From positions 1-21,360 of the forward strand of contig JBAXAI010000053.1 in the NCBI GenBank assembly GCA_037142615.1: a DNA stretch of 21,360 bases. The letters run 5' to 3'. A program made the position numbers and the translations under genes. The notes beneath the pieces are model-generated. The model saw only the letters and a list, made by a program, of their open reading frames with translations, did not search any database and was not told the origin of the DNA. Positions 1 to 6,677 of this stretch are shown here, one piece after another. Within the stretch, counting starts at the first letter, position 1, and every line of letters starts with the position of its first letter. The stretch comes from Spirochaetales bacterium (GTDB lineage: Bacteria; Spirochaetota; Spirochaetia; JABEVK01).

Positions 1-53
1 TCCTTGCGGAAAAGCCTAACCTACGCAGGAAGATGGGTAGAATTGACGGTTAC
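1..53 (-). mobile_element. Left end (terminal inverted repeat plus tnpA RBS region) of a second IS66-family element, inserted into tnpC of the first
   Basis: Minus strand begins GTAACCGTCAA at 53 (IS66 ends start GTAA). Positions 1-53 match 1415-1467 at 40/53 ungapped, including the AAGGA RBS. The tnpC frame loses homology exactly here. Confidence 0.85.
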
Positions 54-689
54 GCTGATTTCGGCTCCGATACGAAGGAACCCGTGTTGCTGGCGGTAGA
101 ACGGCAGGGGTAAGCCGTAGGCGTCCCCGTGGTCACAGAACTTGGCGGTCCAGATGTGCGCCAGAAGCTGGGCGCTCACGATGCTGCGTGGGAACAAATC
201 AGGCTCACCGGCGGCCCGGATGACGCCAGGCTTGCTCTCGTCTGCCAGTCCCTGACAATGCTTGCAGGCGTACTTGGCGTGGTGATGCCGGTCCACCCAA
301 ACCTGCGCGGGGATCATCACCAGTTTCTCGCTGATGTCCTCGCCAATCTTCGTCATCTGATGACCACACCCGCAGGCCTTCTGGGCGTCTGCCAGGTCAT
401 GGTAGACGTCGGTGCGGGGAAGAGAGTCGGCCAGACGCTTGCGACCGGCCTTGCTGCGCCATTCGTGCTGAGCGATGACGACGGTCTCTATGCTCTCGGG
501 GGTCTCATCGTTCTGCAGGTCTTCAGAGGGCAGATCGTCCTGACCGACGATCTTCTCGCTGGACTTGCCGAACTGCCGCTGGAGAGCCAGCCGGAGTTCT
601 TCACGAAGACGCAGGATTTCGGCTTCCAGCTTGGTGGTGCGGGCCGTGAGCTTTGCGTTCTCCTGTTCCAGCTCGGCGACGCCCTTCAT
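54..689 (-). pseudogene. tnpC: IS66 transposase TnpC, 5' part only (leucine zipper, zinc finger, start of DDE domain)
   Basis: Motifs LRLALQRQFGKSSEK, CGCG..IGEDISEKL, YACKHC, KFCDH..LPFYRQ. About 212 codons before the second IS66 end, versus roughly 500 aa for a full TnpC. Confidence 0.9.
108..128. repeat. 21-bp hairpin element, copy 1 (in-frame insertion in tnpC)
   Basis: GGGTAAGCCGTAGGCGTCCCC. Removing it restores KFCDHLPFYRQ. Confidence 0.85.
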
Positions 690-695
690 AGGAAA

Positions 696-724
696 ATTCT
701 ATCAGAACGGAATTTGCGTGTAAA
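696..724 (-). promoter_or_regulatory. Putative sigma70 promoter directly upstream of tnpC (leaderless)
   Basis: Minus strand TTTACA-N17-TAGAAT with TG extension, then 6 nt to the ATG at 689; no SD sequence. Confidence 0.5.
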
Positions 725-742
725 TTCCTTTTGATGGAATCT

Positions 743-1108
743 TCAAAGATTCGTATAGTGTCGCTCCTGGTGGGCACGCCAGAAGTCGATCCCATCGAGC
801 AACATTGCCAACTGCTCGCTCGAGATCTTTCTGATCTCTCCGACGTCTTTGGGCCACGGGAACCGGTCTTCTTCCAGCCGCTTCTGCCACAGACAAAAAC
901 CGTTGCGGTCCCAGTACAGAATCTTGAGCCGGTCGCGGCTGGGGCCGGCGAACAAGTACAGGCTGCCGTCAGGGGTAAGCCGAAGGCGTCCCCCGGGGTC
1001 ATGCCCGAGTTGGTCACGCACAAGCGCTGCCAAGCCGTTGATTTGCTTGCGCATATCCGTGGTGCCAGGCCGGACAAACACCCGAAGCTGACTCCAGTCG
1101 CGGATCAC
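743..1108 (-). CDS. tnpB: IS66 accessory protein TnpB
   Basis: Motifs TDMRKQINGL, LYLF..RDRLKILYWDRNGFCLWQKRLEEDRFPWP, QLAMLLDGID. Confidence 0.95.
   Translation of the reverse strand: MIRDWSQLRVFVRPGTTDMRKQINGLAALVRDQLGHDPGGRLRLTPDGSLYLFAGPSRDRLKILYWDRNGFCLWQKRLEEDRFPWPKDVGEIRKISSEQLAMLLDGIDFWRAHQERHYTNL
973..993. repeat. 21-bp hairpin element, copy 2 (in-frame insertion in tnpB)
   Basis: GGGTAAGCCGAAGGCGTCCCC, 20/21 identical to copy 1. Removing it gives HDPADGSLYLF, the usual DPxxGxLxxF spacing. Confidence 0.85.
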
Positions 1109-1407
1109 AACGACCCCAACACCTTCGCCACACGACCCAAGTGCTCCAGCGGCCAGGAAGGTGGTGCGTCAATCCGGATTCTATTGGGCAGGTGGATCCT
1201 CAAGACCGCCGAGGGCGACAAGAGCTCTGTGACTTCCACCATCGAGGAATCACCGGCGTCGGTGGCCGCCAAACGGCGACGCCAATTCCCCAGCGACGCT
1301 ACAGAAACTCCGTAGTCCGCAGCGACCGCCCTGTCGGACATGCCCCTCGCTGCCTTTGCATCCAAAAACTGTTGCCACTCGATCGCCGTTCTCCGTGTTC
1401 GTTTCAT
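1105..1407 (-). CDS. tnpA: IS66 accessory protein TnpA (HTH)
   Basis: 100 aa; motif W...GMS..AVAADYGVSVASLGNWRRRL; AAGGAG RBS; GTGA overlap with tnpB. Confidence 0.88.
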   Translation of the reverse strand: MKRTRRTAIEWQQFLDAKAARGMSDRAVAADYGVSVASLGNWRRRLAATDAGDSSMVEVTELLSPSAVLRIHLPNRIRIDAPPSWPLEHLGRVAKVLGSL

Positions 1408-1467
1408 AGGATTCTCCTTACGAAAAAGCCTACTTCACCGATCAAGATGGCAAGATTTGACGGTTAC

Positions 1468-1704
1468 TTCTGGACGAACGCTGCCCGGGAATTCGAACGG
1501 GCGTGCCGGTCCCGATTCGTTGATTGCGATGGATGGACTTCGTTTTCGGAACGGTGGCGCGATGCCGAACTGCTGTTTGACAATGATCCAACATTGCCCA
1601 AGGACGTCTGCTTTCTGGACGTGAACGAGTTACTTCCCAAGATCGTTCAGCTTTGGGAGCGGGTCGGGGTGATTCCCAAGAAATATGAAATCATCGGGAA
1701 ATGA
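1468..1704 (+). pseudogene. 3' remnant of an unidentified gene cut by the IS66 insertion
   Basis: Open frame runs from the first base outside the IS66 TIR to TGA 1704 (FWTNAAREFE...KYEIIGK), with no start of its own. Family not recognised. Confidence 0.5.
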
Positions 1705-1754
1705 ATCTCTTCGTAAGCTCAACATCCTGGTCAGAACCGCCAAGTTGCCTTCAA

Positions 1755-1865
1755 GTCCCCGACCGCCCCGGCCACGACCGCCGCTACGCCATCAACTGCG
1801 ACAAGCTCAAGAACGAGCTCGGCTGGAAGCGCCGAGTGGACTTCGAGGAGGGGCTGGAGCGGACT
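1755..1865 (+). pseudogene. rmlB: C-terminal fragment of dTDP-glucose 4,6-dehydratase
   Basis: [37 protein letters not shown] is the RmlB/RfbB C-terminal signature; the rest of the gene is absent. Confidence 0.88.
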
Positions 1866-2002
1866 CGCCCGCCTGCCGCGACCAGCTGAACATCCCGTAC
1901 TGAGGCCGCAGCAGTTTTTGCCTGTGGTAGAAGCGGCTTGAAGTGAACCGGTTCCCGTTGCCCAAAGACTTTGGAGATTATACCAAGGGGGGCGCAGCCT
2001 TT

Positions 2003-3133
2003 CTACTTGATCTCCAAGGCTTTGACGAACCCGCCACTTCTGTTGTTGTGGTCGTAGATGATCAGCGGCAAATCCACCTTCGGGTTACAAGATCGCCCGA
2101 TTTCTACGGCCATCGTATGCGGAACCGCAGGAAATACGTGGACTGTCGCATTGGGCCCGTGTCTGGACCTGATTTGGGCGAGAGCCCCTCGGTAGACACG
2201 ACTAAACTCGTCCAGTTGCTCCCTGGTTCGCAGAAAGTGCACCGATGGATTGCTCGCCCCGATTTCCCATATTGGGACATCCTGCCCGAGGACCGAAGTA
2301 ACCCTCTCTGGATCAATAGCTGCGGAAACAGAAAGGATGAGTGCTATTTCCTTTGCCTCAGCCCCCTCTCCGGGAGGCGCCTGGACACTTAGCGATCCGC
2401 CAGTGTCCCGATACCATGTCCATTGATCCGGGTTCCTATGTCGCTGGTACAGCTCGGTAAGAAACAAGTCGGAGAGAAGATGCCCGAGATACGCCAACAG
2501 TGGTTGCGGAGCAAGCGCGAAGACAGAAAGGTGCGCCTTTCGATTCTCAAGAAGTGGACGCACCAGTCTTTCGAATTGGCGAGTCAGATTTCGGCTCTCT
2601 TCCTCCCAAAACCCCGGTTCGTGGTCTCGGGACTCTGACCAGTGCAAGCCCATTTGAATTGGCTCACTTGCAGCTGGATAGCGCCCACTGGAAACCACTG
2701 CTTCAAAAGCCGACACTCCGTTTAGCGGGGAGGCCCGATCCCCAATGTTGGCACCATACAGCACGACAAATGACTGGAGGTCCGGTCCGATACCGGTGAC
2801 TCGTTCGATGCGTTCCTCATGGCTCTTTTTGTAGGCCCTAAGGACCTGAACGCCATACAGTTCGACTTGCTCTCGATCGATCAAGCGATGATGTGTGTCA
2901 CAGAGCAACATGAGGTTCGAAAGATCCGTGGAAAGCTTCGGAGAGAGTTCGGGGTCACCCCGCGGTCCCCCTGGCTTGTCAGCAACAATGTGCGCGACAT
3001 AGGAACTGTTTCCTCGAAACTGGGTCAGTCCGTCTCGATACAGAATCGCGTTGCATCCGGGAAACTCACACCGGCCGCTGGCCTGCGCCCACAAAGCCTT
3101 AACCGTGAACTCTGGTATTTTGGTATTGCTCAC
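2003..3133 (-). CDS. cap5: CBASS effector, HNH endonuclease-SAVED (Cap5-type)
   Basis: N-terminal GRCEFPGC..AHIVADKPGGPRG..NLMLLCDTHHRLID (Zn-HNH). SAVED motifs SVFALAPQPLLAYLG, LYQRHR..WTW, VHVFPAVP..AVEIGR. GTG start at 3133 with AAGGAGG RBS, overlapping the upstream stop. Confidence 0.92.
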   Translation of the reverse strand: MSNTKIPEFTVKALWAQASGRCEFPGCNAILYRDGLTQFRGNSSYVAHIVADKPGGPRGDPELSPKLSTDLSNLMLLCDTHHRLIDREQVELYGVQVLRAYKKSHEERIERVTGIGPDLQSFVVLYGANIGDRASPLNGVSAFEAVVSSGRYPAASEPIQMGLHWSESRDHEPGFWEEESRNLTRQFERLVRPLLENRKAHLSVFALAPQPLLAYLGHLLSDLFLTELYQRHRNPDQWTWYRDTGGSLSVQAPPGEGAEAKEIALILSVSAAIDPERVTSVLGQDVPIWEIGASNPSVHFLRTREQLDEFSRVYRGALAQIRSRHGPNATVHVFPAVPHTMAVEIGRSCNPKVDLPLIIYDHNNRSGGFVKALEIK

Positions 3134-3732
3134 GCTGGCCTCCTTTGATGTGCTGCTTGGAGACGCGGCAGACAACAGAGTTTGTACTTCTTGCCGCTTC
3201 CGCAATAACAACGGGCGTTTCTGCCAAGTCGGGAGACTAGTTTCATCGTGTCGTGAATCTTCTCGTCAATGCCATTCTGGTGAGAGTATTCTCCCCAGGG
3301 GGCTTTCTCGTTGAACGTTTCCCAGTATGCGTGCCAAGCAAAGTAACTGAAGACAACTTCGCGTACAAATCTGACGACAGACATCCTTTGCACTTCAATT
3401 GGAAGAAAGATTCCAACACAGCAGGACCCATCGCCGTTAACATGCGCGTCCAGACACATCGCTAGCTGACGTTCCTTGATAACCGTTTCGAGCTTTCCAC
3501 CAACCTCCCAAACCTTAAAGAGGCCGCAGAGGTCTCGCTGATTCAGGTCAATCAGAACACAAAAACAGCCCGAGAAACGTCGGTACCTTCGGTCGGGGAT
3601 CCCGTTCAAATGGAGTTGTGCCCCATCGAAGTGAGCGTCGAACGACATCTCTCCTCGGAGCGTGTTCGATGCTCCTTCCAAGTAAAGATCGGGAAAGGCC
3701 TCCTGGATGGAGGCCAGTTCGTTCGCGGTCAT
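3130..3732 (-). CDS. CBASS ancillary protein: prokaryotic E2-like domain plus C-terminal SEC-C metal-binding motif
   Basis: HVNGDGSCC resembles the E2 HxN..G.xC catalytic strand; PWGEYSH; GRNARCYCGSGKKYKLCC is a SEC-C motif. Lies between the CD-NTase and effector. Start is ATG 3732 or GTG 3741. Confidence 0.75.
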   Translation of the reverse strand: MTANELASIQEAFPDLYLEGASNTLRGEMSFDAHFDGAQLHLNGIPDRRYRRFSGCFCVLIDLNQRDLCGLFKVWEVGGKLETVIKERQLAMCLDAHVNGDGSCCVGIFLPIEVQRMSVVRFVREVVFSYFAWHAYWETFNEKAPWGEYSHQNGIDEKIHDTMKLVSRLGRNARCYCGSGKKYKLCCLPRLQAAHQRRPA

Positions 3733-3737
3733 GTCTA

Positions 3738-4670
3738 TCACCAATGAGCGAATGGCTTGTGAGGGATCGTCGTCTGGGAGCGCTCCGAGGAGCCTTGGAT
3801 GATCGTGCCGAATGAGTCCCCGAACACCTTCCTCCACTTTCGAATACTCTCGTTCCGATCCTGTTCGTTGTAGGCCGCATCGACTTTCTCGCGATAGTCA
3901 TTCACTTTGTCCCGAAAGTTACTGTACTTTGACCGTTCCCAATACCGATTGAAGTTCTCCCATGGTAGCACCGGATTGTTGACGGCTGGCATCGACGGGC
4001 TGGCCTGTAACTTATCGTCCAACCGATCCATTAGGATCTTGAAGGCGGTCGCGAGATCGTCAAAGTTGTCTCCACCAACACAGTTTCCCAACAAAGTTGA
4101 CAATAGTATTGATTTGACGGAGAAGTTGCTACTTCGGTCCCGAAGGTACTTGAACAGGCGAGTCGCCTTCTTGAGATGACTGTTCGTAACTCGGTTCTTA
4201 TCATTGAACCAGTCGCGAAAACCAGTGCCATCAGTCTCTTCGAACGAATCGGTATCGTAGTTGCAGATATAAACCCGGCCGTCCTTCTCGATTGCAGGAA
4301 CGAGATCGAGGTGGAAGTCGGCCTTGTAGTCAATGGTCATGCACCTGGTTTTTCGTCGAACGATGTCTTGGTAGTTGCCATTCTTTTGGAAGACTGCTAG
4401 CAGCGACGTGATGTAGTCCCGCGCGGTCCAGCTCGCCTGTTCCGCCATATAGACCAAGAGATCAGCGTCGAACTCGTCGGTATCCCTAACGGGTTTGATG
4501 ATTGTCCCCAATGCGTAGGAACCTTGACGTTCAGTCTTACGGTAACCATCCAGGCAGTCCTTCAGGAGTCGACTGATGATTTCAGTCTTCTCGTCCAAGG
4601 TTTTGATCCTGGAAGGATTGAGGTTGACCTCTTCGTTCAGAAAGGTCTGGAAGTCATTGTGGTGCTTCAT
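3738..4670 (-). CDS. CBASS cyclic oligonucleotide synthase (CD-NTase/SMODS nucleotidyltransferase)
   Basis: Motifs QGSYALGTIIKP..EFDADL, KTRCMTIDY..FHLDLVP, NPVLPWENFN, WRKVFGDSF. ATG 4670 with GGAG RBS; adjacent to a SAVED effector. Confidence 0.93.
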   Translation of the reverse strand: MKHHNDFQTFLNEEVNLNPSRIKTLDEKTEIISRLLKDCLDGYRKTERQGSYALGTIIKPVRDTDEFDADLLVYMAEQASWTARDYITSLLAVFQKNGNYQDIVRRKTRCMTIDYKADFHLDLVPAIEKDGRVYICNYDTDSFEETDGTGFRDWFNDKNRVTNSHLKKATRLFKYLRDRSSNFSVKSILLSTLLGNCVGGDNFDDLATAFKILMDRLDDKLQASPSMPAVNNPVLPWENFNRYWERSKYSNFRDKVNDYREKVDAAYNEQDRNESIRKWRKVFGDSFGTIIQGSSERSQTTIPHKPFAHW

Positions 4671-4711
4671 GATCAGCTCCAAATGCTCAGTGCAGGGTTA
4701 TCCCCGGACTC

Positions 4712-4741
4712 TTGACAAGAGGAAGCTATCGTTCGTAAGCT
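4712..4741 (+). promoter_or_regulatory. Putative promoter antisense to the CBASS leader
   Basis: TTGACA-N18-TAAGCT. Confidence 0.45.
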
Positions 4742-4747
4742 AATTTG

Positions 4748-4846
4748 CCACGCCAAACGAAGATAGCCTTTGGACCTTCCGGTCCCCGGGTTGTTTGGTT
4801 CGACCCTGTTACCTGGTTGCCGCCGGGGCAGGGTCGTTTTCTTTTC
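4748..4846 (+). ncRNA. Candidate small antisense RNA of about 100 nt
   Basis: Lies between the 4712 promoter and a terminator-like hairpin. Contains CCAAAC/GTTTGG pairing that encloses GGACC-TTCC-GGTCC. Confidence 0.3.
4801..4846 (+). terminator. Intrinsic terminator-like hairpin
   Basis: CGACCCTG...CAGGGTCG stem followed by TTTTCTTTT. Confidence 0.55.
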
Positions 4847-4848
4847 AC

Positions 4849-4878
4849 AGTGTACTGATTTCTGTCAACATTCGTCAA
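4849..4878 (-). promoter_or_regulatory. Putative sigma70 promoter of the CBASS operon
   Basis: Minus strand TTGACG-N18-TACACT, about 180 nt upstream of the CD-NTase ATG. Confidence 0.5.
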
Positions 4879-4915
4879 GCAATGACCGGCCTATTTCATC
4901 AAAGAAGCTTTTTTC

Positions 4916-4951
4916 ATTGACAAACTTGGATAAATGATAGATATTGTCAAT
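4916..4951. promoter_or_regulatory. Inverted repeat/operator overlapping the promoter of the HTH-peptidase gene
   Basis: ATTGACAA-N20-TTGTCAAT; the left arm is a perfect -35; AAGGAG RBS at 4955-4960. Confidence 0.6.
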
Positions 4952-4971
4952 CTCAAGGAGAAGAAACGACG

Positions 4972-6150
4972 ATGATGGGAGATAGACTTCGACAACGGCG
5001 GCTTGCCGTGGGGATGTCACTACAGCAGGTCGCGGACGCTCTGATCGCAGCTGGCACGCAGATTACCCGTGCCACCCTATCAAAGTACGAGCTAGAGCAA
5101 AGTTCACCGAATGCTCTAGTACTTCGCGAGATCGCAAAAGTCTTCGGCGTGAAGACCGACTACTTTTTTTCTGAGACCCGTACAGAAGTTCAGTGGTTTG
5201 CCTACCGTAAACGGTCCAGCATGTCGCAAGCCGACCAGGCAAGCCTCCAAGCTAGCGCTATCGAAGCCTTGGAACGACGGGTCAAGGCTGAGGAGCGATG
5301 CGGTGTGGAACCCACGGGGCTTGGCGAACAGAATAGGGAACAGTGCGAAACATTTGACCAAGCCGAAGACTTGGCAATGGGGTTGCGTGATCACTGGGGA
5401 CTAGACCTGCAACCGATTGGGTCTCTGATCGACCTCCTTGAGTCCAAGGGCTTTGTGATGATACCCCTTGCCACAGGTGAGCTCAAGTTTGATGGGTTGT
5501 CGGGACTGTTGAACGGCGTTCGATCAGTCATCGTGTACAAGGAAGATGTAGTCACGGACAGACTTCGATTCACAGTTGCCCATGAGCTGGCCCACCACTT
5601 TTTGAAAGCTGATGATCCAAGTGTCGAGGAGAAGTTGGCCCACCGATTTGCCGCCGCGTTCCTGATGCCTCAAAAGCGATTGCGCCACCATTTGGGATCA
5701 AATCGGACCCGCCTCAGGTTGGAAGAACTCGTCCTCTTGAAGGAACAGTATGGGCTAAGCCTTCACGCTCTCGTTTACCGTGCCGGCGATGCTGGCATTA
5801 TTTCCGACCGGACTCGTACGGAGTTGTTCCAGTTTTTCGGTCGCATGGGTATGCGGAGGGCTGAGCCGGGCCGCTACAACGTGACCGAGAAACCGGACGA
5901 ACTCAAGCGCATTTTGCTGAAAGGTGTTGCCGAGGGCCAGATCACCGAGGCCCAGGCAACCGAGCTCGACCCCGAGTTTCCTGCCGAAAAAGAGAGGAGC
6001 CAGACCATGCCTACTTGGGATCTCAGAGAACTCCTGGCGCTTCCGCCAGAAGAACGCGACAAGGTTCTTGAAGACGCGGCGGCCTCGGCCGCGTCACTAT
6101 ACAATCACGGTGGTCCTTTGGGCGATTTGGAAGTACTGGATATTCAATGA
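4972..6150 (+). CDS. Xre-family HTH fused to ImmA/IrrE (DUF955) Zn-metallopeptidase, with an extra 47-aa C-terminal tail
   Basis: LRQRRLAVGMSLQQVA..ITRATLSKYE (HTH_3); RFTVAHELAH (HExxH) and EEKLAHRFAAAFLMP. Confidence 0.92.
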   Translation: MMGDRLRQRRLAVGMSLQQVADALIAAGTQITRATLSKYELEQSSPNALVLREIAKVFGVKTDYFFSETRTEVQWFAYRKRSSMSQADQASLQASAIEALERRVKAEERCGVEPTGLGEQNREQCETFDQAEDLAMGLRDHWGLDLQPIGSLIDLLESKGFVMIPLATGELKFDGLSGLLNGVRSVIVYKEDVVTDRLRFTVAHELAHHFLKADDPSVEEKLAHRFAAAFLMPQKRLRHHLGSNRTRLRLEELVLLKEQYGLSLHALVYRAGDAGIISDRTRTELFQFFGRMGMRRAEPGRYNVTEKPDELKRILLKGVAEGQITEAQATELDPEFPAEKERSQTMPTWDLRELLALPPEERDKVLEDAAASAASLYNHGGPLGDLEVLDIQ

Positions 6151-6503
6151 CCGACACTCTCCCCAGACGCGGCGAAATCTGGAATGTGAATTTTGATCCA
6201 ACAATCGGAGCAGAAATCAAAAAGCTCCGTCCTGCGTTGGTCATTTCTCCCGATAGCATCGGTAAACTTCCGCTCTGCATCGTTGTCCCAGTAACAAACT
6301 GGGCCGACTCATTCGAGGCCTTGCCGTGGATCGTCAGACTGAGACCAACGCGTGAAAATGGTCTTTCCAAGACTTCTGGAGCAGATTGCTTCCAGGTCAA
6401 ATCGGTTGCCCGAGAACGGTTCACTGAGAAGTCGGGCAGCGTAACGGCGGAAGAACTGGATCTCGTCGTGAGCGCGATCCAGCTCTGCATTGGTGTCTAC
6501 TGA
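6147..6503 (+). CDS. mazF: PemK/MazF-family endoribonuclease toxin
   Basis: Motifs PRRGEIWNVNFDPTIGAEIKKLRPALVIS, VVPVT, ENGLSKTSGADCFQVKSV. ATGA overlap with the upstream gene. Confidence 0.93.
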   Translation: MTDTLPRRGEIWNVNFDPTIGAEIKKLRPALVISPDSIGKLPLCIVVPVTNWADSFEALPWIVRLRPTRENGLSKTSGADCFQVKSVARERFTEKSGSVTAEELDLVVSAIQLCIGVY

Positions 6504-6677
6504 CCATAAAGGCGAGGCGGTCCGTGTTGCATCGCCTGCTCTACGAGGGAATCTCCCTTGTCGAGAAGGAAAGAATTCAGACTTTTGTCCTTGATGCCAG
6601 GGAAGTCCTTGCCGTGCGGAAGGGTTCAACGAAGCCTACTAGTGCAGCACGGTCAGTCCGACGGGAGAGCTGAAACG

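Larger units (their letters stand above)
54..1467 (-). mobile_element. IS66-family insertion sequence, left part (TIR at 1467; interrupted at 54)
   Basis: tnpA-tnpB-tnpC gene order; terminal GTAACCGTCAAATC on the minus strand at 1467-1454. Confidence 0.92.

Noticed and set aside
105-993. CRISPR interpretation of the two palindromic repeats
   Set aside because: Only two copies, 865 bp apart, inside coding sequence; no cas genes.
743-1108. tnpB as an RNA-guided IS200/IS605 TnpB nuclease
   Set aside because: It is the unrelated 121-aa IS66 accessory TnpB, with no RuvC motifs.
3134-3211. Longer starts for cap5 (3211), the E2 gene (3837) and the CD-NTase (4682)
   Set aside because: The first two overlap upstream genes extensively; SD-supported starts are at 3133, 3732/3741 and 4670.
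6558-6677. 5' extension of the darT ORF
   Set aside because: DarT homology and a GGAGAG RBS point to ATG 6678.
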